DNA of 64,000 bases, from contig NW_003314302.1 in the NCBI RefSeq assembly GCF_000143415.4, positions 539,476 to 603,475 on the forward strand, given 5' to 3'. The notes beneath the pieces are model-generated. The model did no database searches. It was given only the letters and a program-made list of their open reading frames with translations, and was not told where the DNA came from. Positions within the stretch are counted from its first letter, which is position 1, and the number at the start of each line of letters is the position of its first letter. This document shows, in pieces, positions 61,358-64,000 of the stretch. This DNA is from Selaginella moellendorffii (Eukaryota; Plantae; Lycopodiophyta). The translations under genes and the position numbers were made by a program.

Positions 61358-64000
61358 TGTTGCAAATGTGACTTTGGATATCGAAAGATACTTGTCAACT
61401 AGTCCTTACAGGCACTCTTTCCTTACTGCCATGACGGCAGGAGGTCGGTACTGCTGGTTCCCTTTATTGGCCCCTCTTGTCCAAGTGTTAGTAAACTAGA
61501 CTTAGCAGCTGTACTTGGCCGAATGAGCATAAGGACGGAATTCCTAAGTGTCTATTTGGCCAAGCATACTTGGCCCGGCTTTTTAGTTCTCTTTTGCTCT
61601 GTCTTGCACTGGCTTGGCAAGAACCCTCGCGTATTAAGACTAGTCCCTCAATATCACCGGATGATAGCTTACCGTGTCTGCCAAACACCCTCACTATCAC
61701 GCCCTTTGTGTTAGTCTCATTTCGGTCCCAAGTGCTATTTATGGAAAGTGTCTAGATTCACTCATTTGGCATGTCTACGGAATGTAAAGGTCGGCCTGAA
61801 CACAATGGTGTTCGTCCTGTGTCCAAATTTGCAATCTAAGGCCATTCCATATTTAGTAAGTTTCATACTTGTCCTAGAGACTAACTCCTGGTACTAAGGG
61901 TGGCTTAGGGTGAAAGCCCAAAGCGTGTGTTCCTCAAGGGGGGGGGGGGGGGGGGGGCTATGGGGGGTTCCAAATGTATAGTAGGGATAGTGGTTGGAAT
62001 GCATGTCCGACCACTTGAGACATTAGTTTGGCTCCCGCTGGGCTGTGTTGCTCCTTGTTCTGCATCCAGCTTGGGTCTAAGCCCAAGCTCCACGCTGCTC
62101 TAGTCGGTGGAGTACCCTCCTTCTTGCATTAGGCCACCGGTATGCCAAAATTGTGCCAGACTCCATCTGACACCATTTTGCGTGCAGGTGCTGGATACGG
62201 GGAGCTGGTGCTCATGGGATTATACCAGACCCTCGTTCGTAGTGCAACGGGCTTGGAGTTCGGCTCCAAATTCAAGTGCGCTACATTTGGTATCAAAGGA
62301 ATTGTCTTAGCGATTTCTATCCAACTTTTGTCGGATTTTCTGACTCAAGTTGCATACGCAGAGACTTTTCTAGTAGATCCAAAGCGACCTGTGTAGGATT
62401 AGTTGGATAGCACCATTCTGTAAGAACGTTGTATGCATGTTCAGTTACTGATAGAGGCATGCATGCAGCTAGCAGGATGGTGAAGAGGAACCGTGTTGAT
62501 GACGCTGAAACCTCTAGACGGGCGAATCGAGAGGAAGAAACTCCTGCTAGAGATGCTGTGGAAGAGGCAAAGGCTGAGTCAGAAGAGGAAGAGCCAAACG
62601 CTGCGGCACTGCAGCATACGGCTCAGGAAGTCGAGATCGAGAATTTGCAAAGGGAGATTTGCAAATTGAAGAAGGAGAACAAGAAGAGGAAGAAAGAAGA
62701 TGAGGCAGTTAAACCAGCTAAGCCTAAGCAACCGGACTCCTCCTCAAGTTCTGAGGACGATGAAGTTCTGCAGCCACCCCCAGTTGCATGAGTTTCAAAG
62801 TTCAAGCCTCCGAAACCACCCAATTTTAGAGGCATGCGAGACTATTAGGTTTTGGAAGACTGGGTCTACGATATAGAGAACTACTTCATAGCGGCAGACG
62901 TAGATGATCGTACAAAAGTTGCATGCACACAATCCTTTCTCACCGATCATGCCAAAACTTGGTGGCGCCAGGTGTGTGTTGAAAAAGGGCAGACTAGAAG
63001 TTGAACCAAGATGCAGTCTCGTATCCGTAAGGAATACTTGCCGGATGATCTTGGTCTGAGACTTCGCGCGGAGCTGCGGCGGTTAAAGCAGCGAGGGGAT
63101 CTTATGCATTACGTTAATGCGTTTGCTTAGAAACGCATTATGATTGCAAATATGAGTGATGAAGATGCTCGGAGTTATTTTCTGGAGGGTTTAAGTTCAC
63201 TTTCTCATAATGAGATTTTGAAGTTTAAGCCGAAGTTGTACCTAGAGTGCAAGGAGGCAGTGCAGCAAGTTGCCTTCAGTCACTCGCTCATGGAACAATA
63301 TCAGCAATCATATGTTGCTAACTCGGATAAGAATAAAAATTCTGGGAATAAGCAAGGTGATTGGAAACAAAGGGTACTGCCCTGGGGGCTCACAAGCTAC
63401 GGTTAACAAAGGTGGTGGTGGTTGGAGACCACCAGCAGCTTCTTCTGGTCCTAGGCCCTCTATTCCTCCTCCTGGTGGGTACAAGTAGCAACAATTTGCA
63501 AAACCTGCTCCTAGCGGAATGGGTAGTGTGGGTCATTGCTTCCATTGTGGAGAGTTGGGACATAGGTCCTCGAAATGTCCCAACAAGCATAAGACAAGGT
63601 CTCGGGTTAATGTCATGAGGGAAGACGGTGGTGGTGAAGCTGAAGGGATTGACGAGTTGGTCAATGCAGACTATGAGGAAGAAGAGGTGAGTAACTTTCG
63701 TTGCTTTCCTCAAGTTTTTCTTGCAGTCAATGCAAACACTGATCTGTTGATGTATCTGGTAGGCTTTGTCTGTGGACACTGAATCCGAGTGATGATTGAC
63801 ACGGGAGCTACGCACAGTGTGATATCCGAAGACTTAGTTAAGTTGTTAGGATTGAATGCTGAGCAAATGTCGCCTATGCACTTCCGGTTTGCGGAAGGTG
63901 GGCAAGTAGCCAGAAATTTTGTGAGTGATGTTCCAATAAAGATATCCAAGTGGAAAGAAAGAGTGGACTTGGTAGTGTTGAAGATACCAGATTTTCAGAT
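61358..64000 (+). mobile_element. 5' part of a Ty3/gypsy element (family D): LTR 61358-62285, PBS, gag and protease, cut by the window end
   Basis: TG..CA LTR related to family A, PBS TGGTATCAAAG at 62288, gag KPPKPPNFRG..EDW..AKTWW, CFHCGELGHRSSKCP, IDTGATHS. Several stops. Confidence 0.92.

Overview
Plant nuclear DNA, most likely the lycophyte Selaginella. This is inferred from the 40-100 nt introns, GC-rich exons, a PLS/E-type PPR fragment and a Tcn1-like chromovirus. About three quarters of the window is nested LTR-retrotransposon DNA, and five insertions can be bounded by target-site duplications: ATCTT (2906-16533), AAGTG (7653-14129), CACCA (30530-38070), CAGAG/CAGAA (49685-51319) and GACTT (54744-60302). 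Two intact genes lie tail-to-tail: a zeta-crystallin-type quinone oxidoreductase (+, 39015-40571) and an aldehyde oxidase (-, 40607-45203). A rearranged partial copy of the aldehyde oxidase is fused to a PPR fragment at 26212-29100. Main findings: (1) the full-length chromodomain Ty3/gypsy element has two tiny GT-AG introns in its integrase, and removing them exactly restores conserved motifs; (2) two related elements carry a possible Gag-terminating micro-intron at the gag/protease junction; (3) a frameshifted fungal-type KP4 killer-toxin-like gene at 46913-47283 is missed by the ORF track; (4) the Tcn1-like element has a Tf1-type self-priming site; (5) a non-coding LTR element family shares its LTR with a coding gypsy.
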